Origin: Gracilimonas sp.
GTDB lineage: Bacteria > Bacteroidota > Rhodothermia > Balneolales > Balneolaceae
DNA length: 64,000 nt
Assembly: GCF_031581265.1 (NCBI RefSeq)
Contig: NZ_JAVLBQ010000007.1
Span: forward strand, 11,259 to 75,258
Reading direction: 5' to 3'
Part shown: one piece after another, positions 18,441-27,193 of the stretch
Layout of the letters: each line of letters starts with the position of its first letter
How positions within the stretch are numbered: position 1 is the first letter of the stretch
Translations under genes and position numbers: made by a program
Notes under the pieces: generated by a model
Told to the model about the DNA's origin: nothing
Database searches by the model: none
The model's input: the letters and a program-made list of their open reading frames with translations, nothing else

Positions 18441-18493
18441 CCGTCATCCCGGAAAAGACGAAATGAAATGGAGTCGCCGATCCGGGATCTCCC
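18441..18493 (+). repeat. REP-like hairpin CCGTCATCCCGG...CCGGGATCTCCC
   Basis: Differs from 26138-26191 at only 4 positions. The terminal arms catcccgg and ccgggatc are complementary. Confidence 0.75.
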
Positions 18494-18514
18494 TAACACC
18501 TAACACCTAACACC
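18494..18514 (+). repeat. Tandem heptamer (taacacc) x3
   Basis: Three exact tandem copies directly abutting the stop codon of the DUF2892 gene. Confidence 0.8.
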
Positions 18515-18718
18515 CTACTCCACCTTACACGTACTCAACCCAAAAGGAGCGTAAAGAGGGCAAAAACTCACCAAGCTGGTAAGCACAAACACACCGGCCA
18601 AGACAATCAACACGATTCCGGCAGTGCCAGTAACCGTTCCGGTAAAGTAAAGAGCCACAAAAATAGCAGCCAGGATAAAACGAATTATTTTGTCAGCAGA
18701 GCCCATATTCTTTTTCAT
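18515..18718 (-). CDS. DUF2892 (YgaP-like) small membrane protein
   Basis: MKKNMGSADKIIRFILAAIFVALYF...SLVSFCPLYAPFGLSTCK. I moved the start to the internal Met, since the upstream 18 codons look like read-through of AT-rich DNA. Confidence 0.75.
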   Translation of the reverse strand: MKKNMGSADKIIRFILAAIFVALYFTGTVTGTAGIVLIVLAGVFVLTSLVSFCPLYAPFGLSTCKVE

Positions 18719-18922
18719 AATAACCTCATTATTAGAATTAAAAAATTGAATCAAATAGAAATACCAAACCAATAATAATCAGTACGCAAAGTACACAAAC
18801 CGCTATAAGTTTTAGTATTTTCATCACACAATAAACATTAACTTTGAAGGTTTTGTGAAGTTAATAGAAGCTTCACAGGGCCAATTGAATCTTAACTAAT
18901 TTTACTGAGAAAAAGAAAATAG

Positions 18923-19615
18923 ATGAATACACACCAATTAACAGCCGAGCAGGTCAAATCCATACAGGTAAGTTTTATAAATAAGGTATACGGTTGGATG
19001 GCCCTGGCCCTTGCTATTACCGGTTTTGTAGCACTCAGAACAGCCAATACAGGTTTAATTGATATTATAGCCGGTAACCAGATTCTGTTTTTTGGAATTA
19101 TCATTGCAGAATTGGGATTGGTAGTGTGGCTATCGGGGCGCATAGATAGCATGAACGCGACCAAAGCAATTTCCCTTTTCTTATTGTATTCTGCTTTAAA
19201 CGGACTCACTTTTTCCATTTTATTTTTGGTATATACGGCGGGATCTATTGCTTCAACATTTTTTATTACCGCCGGTAATTTTGGGGTGATGAGTGCCTAT
19301 GGCTACTTCACTAAAACGGATCTCACATCCATAGGAAATATTGCCTTCATGGGACTTATTGGAATCATTATTGCGAGCGTAGTAAATATATTTTGGCATA
19401 ATGAGACGCTCTATTGGGCCATTACCTACATTGGGGTGTTAGTCTTTGTGGGACTGACAGCATACGATACCCAAAAAATTAAAAAAATGAGCCTTGAGCT
19501 GGACATAAACAGTGAAGAGGGAAGTAAAGGGGCTATCATGGGCGCATTAGCCCTGTATCTCGATTTCATCAATCTCTTCATCATGCTGCTCCGCATATTC
19601 GGTGATCGTAAGTGA
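18923..19615 (+). CDS. BAX inhibitor-1/YccA-family membrane protein
   Basis: 230-aa, 7-TM ORF with family motifs (FINKVYGWMALAL, AYDTQKIK, GALALYLDFINLF). Confidence 0.85.
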   Translation: MNTHQLTAEQVKSIQVSFINKVYGWMALALAITGFVALRTANTGLIDIIAGNQILFFGIIIAELGLVVWLSGRIDSMNATKAISLFLLYSALNGLTFSILFLVYTAGSIASTFFITAGNFGVMSAYGYFTKTDLTSIGNIAFMGLIGIIIASVVNIFWHNETLYWAITYIGVLVFVGLTAYDTQKIKKMSLELDINSEEGSKGAIMGALALYLDFINLFIMLLRIFGDRK

Positions 19616-19657
19616 TTTAGTGTTCTAAAAAACTACCTCCGAACCACATAAAAAACC

Positions 19658-19710
19658 CCGTCATCCCTGACAAGATGCAGCAAAGCGAAATTGCAGAACC
19701 GGGATCTCCC
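19658..19710 (+). repeat. REP-like hairpin CCGTCATCCC...CCGGGATCTCCC
   Basis: Same termini as 18441 and 20473 with a different loop. Confidence 0.65.
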
Positions 19711-19980
19711 TGATTCGGCTTGGGATGTGAAACAGCGAGACAGAGGATATTGCATTGCTATGATTAAACAGATTGCCGCAGGCTGTATTCGCTATCGCTC
19801 AAGTCAGCCTTCGCAATGACGGGTTGGTGGAGGGGTTTTTAAAATACCACTTTAAAACCCATGAAAACCCGTCATTGCGAGGCGGAAACAACATATAACG
19901 TAGGTGGGGATACTCTAACAACGAAGCAATCCCCCTAATACAACTTGTGTTGTTCAACAACGTCCCATTGGTAAATAAAT

Positions 19981-20113
19981 CCCCAATGGCGGGAGACCCC
20001 ACATTTCCATGTTCATTCCGTGCGGGATGACAGCCTTTGGGTAGCTTCGTTTTAAAAAACCCGGACAACTACACTTCGATATAGAATATTCCTCTGTTCA
20101 ATATTGAATATTC
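19981..20113. repeat. Composite dispersed repeat (paralog of 18343-18417 and of 13069-13158)
   Basis: The ccccaatggcgggagaccc...gggatgacagcc...gttttaaaaaacccgg...gaatattcctctgttcaatattgaatattc sequence parallels both loci. Confidence 0.7.
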
Positions 20114-20179
20114 TTCCTTACCGTAATCCCAGCGGATTGAAATGCGCTAATTTTTTGTAATACATATCAAAACAAAGAT

Positions 20180-20434
20180 ATGGCAAAGCACAAAAAACTC
20201 AGTAAAGCTGATAAAAGCAGAATCATTGAAATGGCATGGGAAGACCGTACCCCTTTCGATGCGATAGAATTCCAGTTTGGACTAAATGAAAAAGATACCA
20301 TTGAGCTCATGCGATCTGAAATGAAATCCTCAAGCTTCAAAATGTGGCGAAAACGTGTTTCCGGCCGGTATACCAAACACCGCAAAAAACGCAAAGATGA
20401 AGTAAACAGATTCGTAAGCCCCAACCAGTATTGA
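20180..20434 (+). CDS. TIGR03643/DUF2805-family small protein
   Basis: 84-aa ORF with the family signature (IIEMAWEDRTPFDAIEFQFGL.E..I.LMR..MK.SSFKMWRKRV.GR.TKH). Confidence 0.75.
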   Translation: MAKHKKLSKADKSRIIEMAWEDRTPFDAIEFQFGLNEKDTIELMRSEMKSSSFKMWRKRVSGRYTKHRKKRKDEVNRFVSPNQY

Positions 20435-20472
20435 CACGTATTGTTCAAAACAACTTCCTATGTAATAATAGT

Positions 20473-20526
20473 CCGTCATCCCGGACAAGTCGGAGCGCAT
20501 GCGTAGACGCCGATCCGGGATCTCCC
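20473..20526 (+). repeat. REP-like hairpin CCGTCATCCCGG...CCGGGATCTCCC
   Basis: Family termini conserved with a loop-specific interior. Confidence 0.65.
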
Positions 20527-20543
20527 TAATACTGGCTACAGTA

Positions 20544-20599
20544 ATTTTAAATGTTAAATGCCTACCATTTAACATTTAAAATTCAACATTTAACATTTC
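20544..20599. repeat. TAAATGTTAAAT palindromic repeat, copy 1
   Basis: attttaaatgttaaatgcctaccatttaacatttaaaattcaacatttaacatttc. A 31-nt stretch is identical (in reverse orientation) to 39849-39879. It overlaps the last 7 codons of the oxidoreductase gene. Confidence 0.75.
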
Positions 20600-21685
20600 A
20601 ACCATTTTCTCCGCACACCCCCAACTCAAAGTAACCCCGGCACCGCCATGGCCATAATTATGAATAATCAATTTGTCGCCCAATTTTTCCTTTTCAAGCC
20701 GAAGTCCATTTTGATTTTTACGCACATAACGATACCCCATTTTTGTAGAAACAGGTTCAAATTCAGCCGTATTAATACCAAAAGAATGCTCTATAATTTC
20801 TTTATTGAGTTGTGATATTTCTACAGGCACATCATGACCATCAATCGAATGTGTTTCCCCTTTATTATCTTCAATATCCCATGAACCGGAATCTGAAAGA
20901 ATGCCCCTTTGCCTACTGCCACCCCAAACCCAACCATCAGATCGTGAGTAACAATACACATCTTGCTGAAAACCACTTTCACTTTGAAAAATATCGCCAC
21001 CCGGTGAGAAATTATAGGAAACTCGTTTTCCTTCCGGGTTTGTAAGAGTGGGTGCTCCAGGGATTTTTAAAATATGTCCCCGATAGATTATGGCATGAGG
21101 GTCATTAAATAATTCAATTGCGCCAATTTCAGTACAGTTGACAATAATTTCAGATGGAAGGGCAGTTAGGTCATCTCGGTTCAGTTTTTGTACTATTATA
21201 TCAATACCGGACTTTTTAACCTCTTCTAACAAGGCAGGGAAGTATTGACTCCAATCAGCAAAATAGCAGTCAAATTTCCAGCCTGTCAAAATCTCGATAT
21301 CGGGATGATGAGGGTAAAAACCTTTTTTAAAGGTAGAAAAGGATTCAAAATGATCCATTTGAGTTGCATAATGAGGGACGTCTCTGTAGTGGCCAAATAG
21401 CTCATAATGCTCGTCAATTTTAACTCCCGGAAATCCTTGTTCATGAAGTTTTTTAAAATAGGCCTTACTGCCGGCGAAAAGTTCCTCCGAAATATCAGAG
21501 CTTAGAGTGTGAGGAATAATGGAAGCAGCCGGTATTAAACTGGCAAATTCAGGATTTTTAGAGACCTGCTCTGGATGCTCTTTGGTGATAATAGTCACAT
21601 TCCACCCCTTGTTATGGAGCAGTAAAGCACAGCTGAGGCCACTGACACCACATCCAATTACAAATACATTTTTTGAATGCTTCAT
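20576..21685 (-). CDS. FAD-dependent oxidoreductase (D-amino-acid oxidase-like)
   Basis: 369-aa ORF with an N-terminal dinucleotide-binding motif (VFVIGCGVSGLSCAL) and a C-terminal HNYGHGGAGVTLSWG motif typical of the DAO family. Confidence 0.75.
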   Translation of the reverse strand: MKHSKNVFVIGCGVSGLSCALLLHNKGWNVTIITKEHPEQVSKNPEFASLIPAASIIPHTLSSDISEELFAGSKAYFKKLHEQGFPGVKIDEHYELFGHYRDVPHYATQMDHFESFSTFKKGFYPHHPDIEILTGWKFDCYFADWSQYFPALLEEVKKSGIDIIVQKLNRDDLTALPSEIIVNCTEIGAIELFNDPHAIIYRGHILKIPGAPTLTNPEGKRVSYNFSPGGDIFQSESGFQQDVYCYSRSDGWVWGGSRQRGILSDSGSWDIEDNKGETHSIDGHDVPVEISQLNKEIIEHSFGINTAEFEPVSTKMGYRYVRKNQNGLRLEKEKLGDKLIIHNYGHGGAGVTLSWGCAEKMVEMLNVEF

Positions 21686-21786
21686 AGATGATAAAAAAAG
21701 TGTTTTAGCTGAAATTACAAATTAACAAGGTTGTATAAAGGTGCTTATTTCGGTAATATCAGTATATCATATTACAGGCCGTAACC

Positions 21787-22671
21787 GTGCAAAAAACAGT
21801 TTATTTAGCAGTTTTCTTAAGTTTTGGTATCGCATTTTCCTCATGTGATCTACTCACAGTACAAGAAGACTATGGAGGATACCCCACCCGCATTTCCCCC
21901 CTTGAAAAACCTGAGTTAGAAGCATTGAACGAAGAATATCATGCAGCAAACAATGGTCAATTATGTTCAACCCTAAATGAATATGGTTTAACAGGTTTTA
22001 GTGAGGTTTTGTTTGAAGATGGGGAAAATCCTTGTGAGCCGGCTAATAGAGAGATAGTTAGGATAGAAGTTACTAGAACGGATACACTTTTAACGGCAGC
22101 AAAAGAAATTCTACTGAAAAACAGTTCATACACGGGTGTTGATGATACCACCGAATTGGTATTAAAAGAAATGGTTCCACTTCCGGGGTGCATAAATTGT
22201 GGCCGCCCCGATGAGTATAGTGCAAATATTGAATGGAAACTGACATTTGAAAATCAAACCATAGATTCTGTAGAAGTCTTAGATACTGAAATAACGGTTT
22301 TTGTGGATGCAGAAGGTGTAAATAGAATATGGGGAAATTGGTATAAGGATGTAATGATACCGCAATTTGTGAACTATGGATACCTTGAAGTACAAGCAGG
22401 TTTAGTGGACTGGCAGATTGATATGCGACGTTTCACGGGAGAAGATGAAATTTATGTCGTTCAAGAAGATGATGTTACAGAGAGGCCCCAAAAAGTAATA
22501 CTTCCTTTTAAAAATGATGAAGATGATATAATAGAGATTAGATATTGCTGGGCCGTTCCCATTAATTATTCCGGAGAAAATTTTGAGGGTTGGATAGCTT
22601 TTATTGATATTGAGGAAGGATTTTTTGTTGAACTAAAATCGATAAAAATGGTTCAGGAAAAATATCAATAA
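21787..22671 (+). CDS. Hypothetical lipoprotein
   Basis: 294-aa ORF with a GTG start, a signal peptide and a lipobox (AFSSC). I recognise no family. Confidence 0.5.
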   Translation: MQKTVYLAVFLSFGIAFSSCDLLTVQEDYGGYPTRISPLEKPELEALNEEYHAANNGQLCSTLNEYGLTGFSEVLFEDGENPCEPANREIVRIEVTRTDTLLTAAKEILLKNSSYTGVDDTTELVLKEMVPLPGCINCGRPDEYSANIEWKLTFENQTIDSVEVLDTEITVFVDAEGVNRIWGNWYKDVMIPQFVNYGYLEVQAGLVDWQIDMRRFTGEDEIYVVQEDDVTERPQKVILPFKNDEDDIIEIRYCWAVPINYSGENFEGWIAFIDIEEGFFVELKSIKMVQEKYQ

Positions 22672-22771
22672 CAAAATATTCGATAAAATTTTGTAACAAA
22701 ACAGTTCTTTGCTACTCTATTATATATAACTAAAATAAGTATTAAACATACCAAGACATTTAGGTAATACA

Positions 22772-23143
22772 TTGGCTGATTCTAAAGGAAAGGTACTCAT
22801 TGTAGAAGATGATATGATTATTGCACTCGTGGTCGAAAATATGATCAAAAAATTGGGGTATACCTTAGTTGGAAAAGCTGCATCCGGAGCAGAAAGTATA
22901 AATCTTGCTAAAGAACATGAACCTGAGATTATACTCATGGATATTCGCTTAAAAGGGGAGATGGATGGTATTGAGGCTATTAATGAAATTAAAAATCACA
23001 TTGATACAAATGTGATTTATCTAACCGGAAATTCTGATAAAGTAAATTATGATCGTGCCAAACAAAGCGGTTGTATTGACCTTGTATCCAAACCATTTAC
23101 CATTGGTGAGCTTACCCGATCGCTTGATTTGATTCCCTCCTGA
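22772..23143 (+). CDS. Single-domain response regulator (CheY-like receiver)
   Basis: 123-aa ORF with a TTG start. It has the acidic pocket (VEDD), the phospho-acceptor context (IILMDIRL) and the conserved K (SKPF). Confidence 0.8.
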   Translation: MADSKGKVLIVEDDMIIALVVENMIKKLGYTLVGKAASGAESINLAKEHEPEIILMDIRLKGEMDGIEAINEIKNHIDTNVIYLTGNSDKVNYDRAKQSGCIDLVSKPFTIGELTRSLDLIPS

Positions 23144-23202
23144 GATTGTATCTTTTCTTTCTTTTATTCGTAATATAGCGTGTTGAACAAAAGGGCTACT
23201 TT

Positions 23203-23979
23203 ATGAGTACAAAATTCAAGAATTTAAAGAATGATTTAGAGGACCTCGAGCAAGGCCGAAATCTCGATATCAATGAGCGTTCGGGAAATTCCGGGGGATC
23301 CTCAACGTCAAATATTGCGAATTATATATTGCTATTTGCCTTCCTCGCTACGTTGATTTTTTACACCGGATCAAGGCTGAACTTTTCTAACATTGTCTTT
23401 AATCCGGTTGACAATATTGTTCAAACCCTAAATCAGCCGGATGAAGAAATTTTGACGGGCATGGGCGAATGGATGGAGGAAATGGGATATGGAACCCTCA
23501 CCCGTGAGGAACTTATTGATTTAAGAAACGAAGGCGTTACCGCTACATTTACCAGTAATGTAAGAGAAGCCGGCTTTCCCGATGTAACCCTTGACCAGAT
23601 GGTAGAATTGGGAAATGCAGGAGTAAGCTCTTCATACATTGCCGGAATAAAAGAAGTCGGTTATCCTGATATCACCATAGATCAACTTATAGAACTTGAG
23701 AATGCCGGAGTCAGTGTTACTTTCACAAGAATGATGAAAGAATTGGGATACGAACTTTCTGTTCAAGATTTATTAGATCTTGAAAATGCAGGTGTAACGG
23801 CTTATTTCACCAGCAATATGTTGGATCTTGGATACACTTTAGAAGAACTTACCAAAGAAAACCTGACAAGAATGCGTGAATTTGGGGTTACACACCAAAG
23901 AGCTGAACAATTGATGAATGAAAGAGGGGAACGCCCAACCATAGATGAACTGGTACGCGACAGAATCAGTAACCAGTAA
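23203..23979 (+). CDS. Membrane-anchored protein with about 4.5 tandem 37-aa repeats
   Basis: 258-aa ORF with one TM segment (ILLFAFLATLIFY). It carries repeats of the form L.[DE]L.N.GV[TS]..[FY].....E.G[YF].[DL][IV][TS][IL]DQ[LM]. Confidence 0.6.
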   Translation: MSTKFKNLKNDLEDLEQGRNLDINERSGNSGGSSTSNIANYILLFAFLATLIFYTGSRLNFSNIVFNPVDNIVQTLNQPDEEILTGMGEWMEEMGYGTLTREELIDLRNEGVTATFTSNVREAGFPDVTLDQMVELGNAGVSSSYIAGIKEVGYPDITIDQLIELENAGVSVTFTRMMKELGYELSVQDLLDLENAGVTAYFTSNMLDLGYTLEELTKENLTRMREFGVTHQRAEQLMNERGERPTIDELVRDRISNQ

Positions 23980-24035
23980 TGTTATTTCAGCCGGACTAAC
24001 ATTTTATTTCTAAGTCAGAAACACCTATTTTTGGA

Positions 24036-24066
24036 GCCCGCAACCGATGAAGGTGCGGGCTTTTTT
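24036..24066 (+). terminator. Rho-independent terminator
   Basis: gcccgcaaccgatgaaggtgcgggc hairpin followed by tttttt. Confidence 0.85.
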
Positions 24067-24093
24067 ATTTGAACTTAATCACCAATACCTAAA

Positions 24094-25017
24094 ATGGCGG
24101 AAATTACCCTTCCTGAAGTTGAACTCAATATCTACTCTCCCAAAGATCCAACTGAGATTACTGTTGTAGAAAACTATATTTGTACCAAAGAAAGCAGCCC
24201 AAATTTTGTACGACACATGACTTTCGATGTCTCTGGAACCGATTTGGAGGGAAGGGTTCGGATTGGTCAGTCAATTGGAATATTGCCTCCCGGTGAAAAC
24301 GAAAGGGGAAGACCTCATAAACTTCGTCTATACTCTGTTTCTTCGCCCACGGAAGGAGAAGACGGGAAGTCTCACCTTATTTCAACCACAGTTAAAAGAA
24401 CCATTGAGGAGCTTGATGGTAAATTATACACCGGAGTTTGTTCCAATTACCTTGCTGACTTAAAACCCGGTGACACGGTAAAGGCCACAGGGCCCAGCGG
24501 AAAGCGATTTTTGTTACCCGAAAATCCAAAAGATTTTAATTACGTTTTTTTTGCAACCGGAACCGGAATTGCACCATTTCGGGGAATGATTATGGAGCTG
24601 CTTGACTCGGGTTTCCAAGGACACATCGCATTAGTTTTTGGTGCAGCCTACAGAACCGATCTCATTTATCCCGATTATTTCATGGAAATGGAAAAGCAGC
24701 ATGATAATTTTCACTATATCGCAAAAATATCGAGAGAAGATCGTCGTCCTGATGGTTCTAAATATTATGTGCAAACCGCCATCGAAGATGAGGCAGAAAT
24801 CCTTGATCCCATCCTAAAACAAGAAAACACGCTTATTTATATTTGTGGTATCAAGGGGATGGAAAATGGCATCTACAAAAGCTTGTCCAAGAAAGGTTAT
24901 CCTGAGTATCTACTCATTAAAGGAGATTATATGGATATGCATCCCGATGAATGGGATTGGGATGAAATGCGCCGTAAAGTTAAACCCGGCGACCGCACTT
25001 TTGAGGAAGTCTATTAA
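24094..25017 (+). CDS. Ferredoxin--NADP+ reductase (plant-type FNR fold)
   Basis: 307-aa ORF with FAD motif (RLYSVSS), NADP motif (FFATGTGIAPFRG) and the ICG.KGM motif. Confidence 0.8.
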   Translation: MAEITLPEVELNIYSPKDPTEITVVENYICTKESSPNFVRHMTFDVSGTDLEGRVRIGQSIGILPPGENERGRPHKLRLYSVSSPTEGEDGKSHLISTTVKRTIEELDGKLYTGVCSNYLADLKPGDTVKATGPSGKRFLLPENPKDFNYVFFATGTGIAPFRGMIMELLDSGFQGHIALVFGAAYRTDLIYPDYFMEMEKQHDNFHYIAKISREDRRPDGSKYYVQTAIEDEAEILDPILKQENTLIYICGIKGMENGIYKSLSKKGYPEYLLIKGDYMDMHPDEWDWDEMRRKVKPGDRTFEEVY

Positions 25018-25047
25018 CTCGTTTACCGGTTAGTAATTTTATCTGGA

Positions 25048-25119
25048 GAACCTGCGAGCGTCTGTAAGTCCTCGTAGTGTTTTGCTTTCTGGTAAGAATC
25101 CCGTAACGCTCGCAGGTTC
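25048..25119. repeat. 14-bp perfect inverted repeat between convergent genes
   Basis: gaacctgcgagcgt (25048-25061) pairs with acgctcgcaggttc (25106-25119). The outer ctggagaa/ttctccag pairing extends it. Confidence 0.6.
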
Positions 25120-25188
25120 TTCGGACGCTGCGAGGTTACTTTGCTCAGAGGTTTCTCCAGGCTATTTTTAATCGGTAAACACGTTCTA

Positions 25189-25770
25189 TTAATCATTTTG
25201 GGTATGTATTTTGGTAACACCACCCGATACAATAAACCGCATAAAGTTTGTGGAATCGGTTTTAATAGGGGTTACCTTTTCCTTAGGTACGATGTATAAA
25301 TTTCCCGAAAAATTATAGGAGTGGGGACAGTAAACGGCTACTTCATCCCTTAAACCAAACTGCCCAAGCGATTCTTCGGTGATAAAACCGAGTCGTTTCA
25401 TGCCTCCGGGCTCACTGAATTCTATAGAAACCGGTTTAGTGAATTTCTTTTTATCGCCTACAAATGCTTCAGTCAAATCTTTAAGGGAGGCATAAACAAT
25501 ATTAACTAAAGGCGTTTTAGCCAAAAGTTTTTCAAATAAGTGTAGAAGGGGGCGGGCATATTTTTGAGTAAGAATAAACCCAACCAAAGTAATGGCAAAA
25601 AATCCAGTTAAGATGCCAAGGCCGGGGATTTCAAGATCAAACCAGCTGTAGAATAAGTCATTAAATAGATTATTTATTGATACCAGCGTGATATATACCA
25701 AGTACACTGTTGCCGTGACCGGCAAAATCACGAGCATTCCTCTAAAGAAGTAATTTAAAATCGTTTTCAT
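25189..25770 (-). CDS. DUF502-family membrane protein
   Basis: 193-aa ORF with two N-terminal TM segments and family-typical segments (FFRGMLVILPV, PGLGILTGF, YCPHSYNFSGNLYIVP). Confidence 0.7.
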   Translation of the reverse strand: MKTILNYFFRGMLVILPVTATVYLVYITLVSINNLFNDLFYSWFDLEIPGLGILTGFFAITLVGFILTQKYARPLLHLFEKLLAKTPLVNIVYASLKDLTEAFVGDKKKFTKPVSIEFSEPGGMKRLGFITEESLGQFGLRDEVAVYCPHSYNFSGNLYIVPKEKVTPIKTDSTNFMRFIVSGGVTKIHTQND

Positions 25771-26137
25771 AGGAGAGATGATTTATAAGTTTTAAAGAAT
25801 CTACCATGAAAACTTTAAAGATGTGAAGCTACAGGGTAATTTTCATTTCATACAGTAGTAGTAGCCCGTCATCCCGGATTTGGTTCAGGAGATAGTACAA
25901 AGAGTCTTTGGCAAAAATAAAAGCGAAGCAGTTCGATTAGCGCGTCAATTTCCGAAAACATCGGGAAAGTATAGTTAATTGAACTTTAGATCAGTTAAGT
26001 AATCAATTCAAAATAGTCCAAAACGTATGCGATTTAATGTTTTCTTGAGTTTTTGGTTCGTTTTGGGTCAAGCCAAAATGAACAAAGAAAGCAGCCATTG
26101 GAATTTTCGTTTAAACCACCTCCGAACCCTATAAACC

Positions 26138-26191
26138 CCCATCATCCCAGAAAAGACAAAATGAAATGGAGTCGCCAATCCGGGATCTCCC
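26138..26191 (+). repeat. REP-like hairpin, near-identical copy of 18441-18493
   Basis: cccatcatcccagaaaagacaaaatgaaatggagtcgccaatccgggatctccc. Confidence 0.75.
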
Positions 26192-26333
26192 ACCAAGGCT
26201 CAAACTGCATTAATCCGTCCTTGTGCTAAAAAAAAATTTCCATTAAACTTATCCCAAATATTTCCGTAATTGACTAAATAACTTTAACCAAATTATATTC
26301 AATGAGATCCTATTTACATTTACTGCTTCCTAT

Positions 26334-26768
26334 ATGTTTAATTGCTTTCTGTACTACCGATTTGCAAGCCAGTCCTCTGCAGAAGAACAGGTAAAAGCCA
26401 CAATAGAAACTTTATTTGAGGGAATGTTAGAAGCCAACGGTGAAAAAGTATCAGGTACATTTTACAATAATGCAATTATGCAGACCATCGTTAAAAATGA
26501 AGCAGGAGAAGTAATGGTGCGTGAGGGGAGTTTAGAAGCATTTGTAAACAGCATCAATGGCGCAGAATCGGCTCGACTGAACGAAAAAATTAAAGGATAC
26601 GAAATAAAAATTGACGGTGAACTCGCATCAGCGTGGACGCCCTATGAATTTTATGTAGGCGAGGAATTCTCACATTGCGGTGCAAATTCTTTTCAGCTTA
26701 TGAAAACAGCAGACGGCTGGAAAATCTTCCACATTGTAGATACTCGCCGCCAAGAAAACTGTAGTTGA
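26334..26768 (+). CDS. NTF2-like/SnoaL-like fold protein (DUF4440-type), with its likely signal peptide encoded out of frame upstream
   Basis: 144-aa ORF. An ATG at 26302 encodes MRSYLHLLLPICLIAFCTTDLQAS in the +1 frame and stops at 26392-26394. Confidence 0.55.
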   Translation: MFNCFLYYRFASQSSAEEQVKATIETLFEGMLEANGEKVSGTFYNNAIMQTIVKNEAGEVMVREGSLEAFVNSINGAESARLNEKIKGYEIKIDGELASAWTPYEFYVGEEFSHCGANSFQLMKTADGWKIFHIVDTRRQENCS

Positions 26769-26795
26769 GAGCTGAAGCCTGAAAGCTGACAGGTC

Positions 26796-27092
26796 TTAAA
26801 TCGAGCTCAAAAGCTTATCAATTAACTTTGCCTTATCCGGATCTACATACTTTCCATAGGAAATGATAAGTGTTCCCTTAATACCGGAATCGGCTTCGAT
26901 AGCATATAAAGTGGCTTCGGAGGCGGGATCGGTACCCTGATCAAACTCATGCGTTTCTTTGATTGTGAGCTTGTCAGCTCCATATTCAGTGTCTAACGTT
27001 TTGCAGGTAATACAGTTTTTACCAAGCTCAAATGTGTGATCAAATCCTTTTTCTTTAAGGGCTTCAGTAGCTTCGGCTAAGTCTCTGTACAT
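26796..27092 (-). CDS. Conserved hypothetical small protein
   Basis: 98-aa ORF (ATEALKEKGFDHTF...CITCK...ATLYAIEADSGIKGTLI). It resembles a small family common in Bacteroidota. Function is unknown. Confidence 0.55.
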   Translation of the reverse strand: MYRDLAEATEALKEKGFDHTFELGKNCITCKTLDTEYGADKLTIKETHEFDQGTDPASEATLYAIEADSGIKGTLIISYGKYVDPDKAKLIDKLLSSI

Positions 27093-27134
27093 GAGGATCT
27101 TACTTTAATTGATTTTCATTTATATAATACAAAA

Positions 27135-27161
27135 TAAAAAAGCCGCTCGTTCAAGCGGCTT
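27135..27161 (-). terminator. Rho-independent terminator of the histone-like gene
   Basis: aagccgctcgttcaagcggctt hairpin, followed on the minus strand by a T-run. Confidence 0.8.
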
Positions 27162-27193
27162 TAATTATATCGTAAAAAACGCAGAACTATAAA

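Noticed and set aside
17963-18447. ORFs of 60-90 aa inside repeat-rich spacers (17963-18160 and 18250-18447; also 12952-13146, 13143-13388, 19799-20068, 20167-20448, 20330-20575 and 25023-25232)
   Set aside because: Each lies entirely within palindromic or dispersed repeat copies, or antisense to a recognisable gene. The same repeat reads open in different frames at different loci, so these are spurious.
18494-18514. A possible CRISPR or minisatellite array (the taacacc x3 tandem)
   Set aside because: There are only three 7-nt units, no spacers, and no cas genes anywhere in the window.
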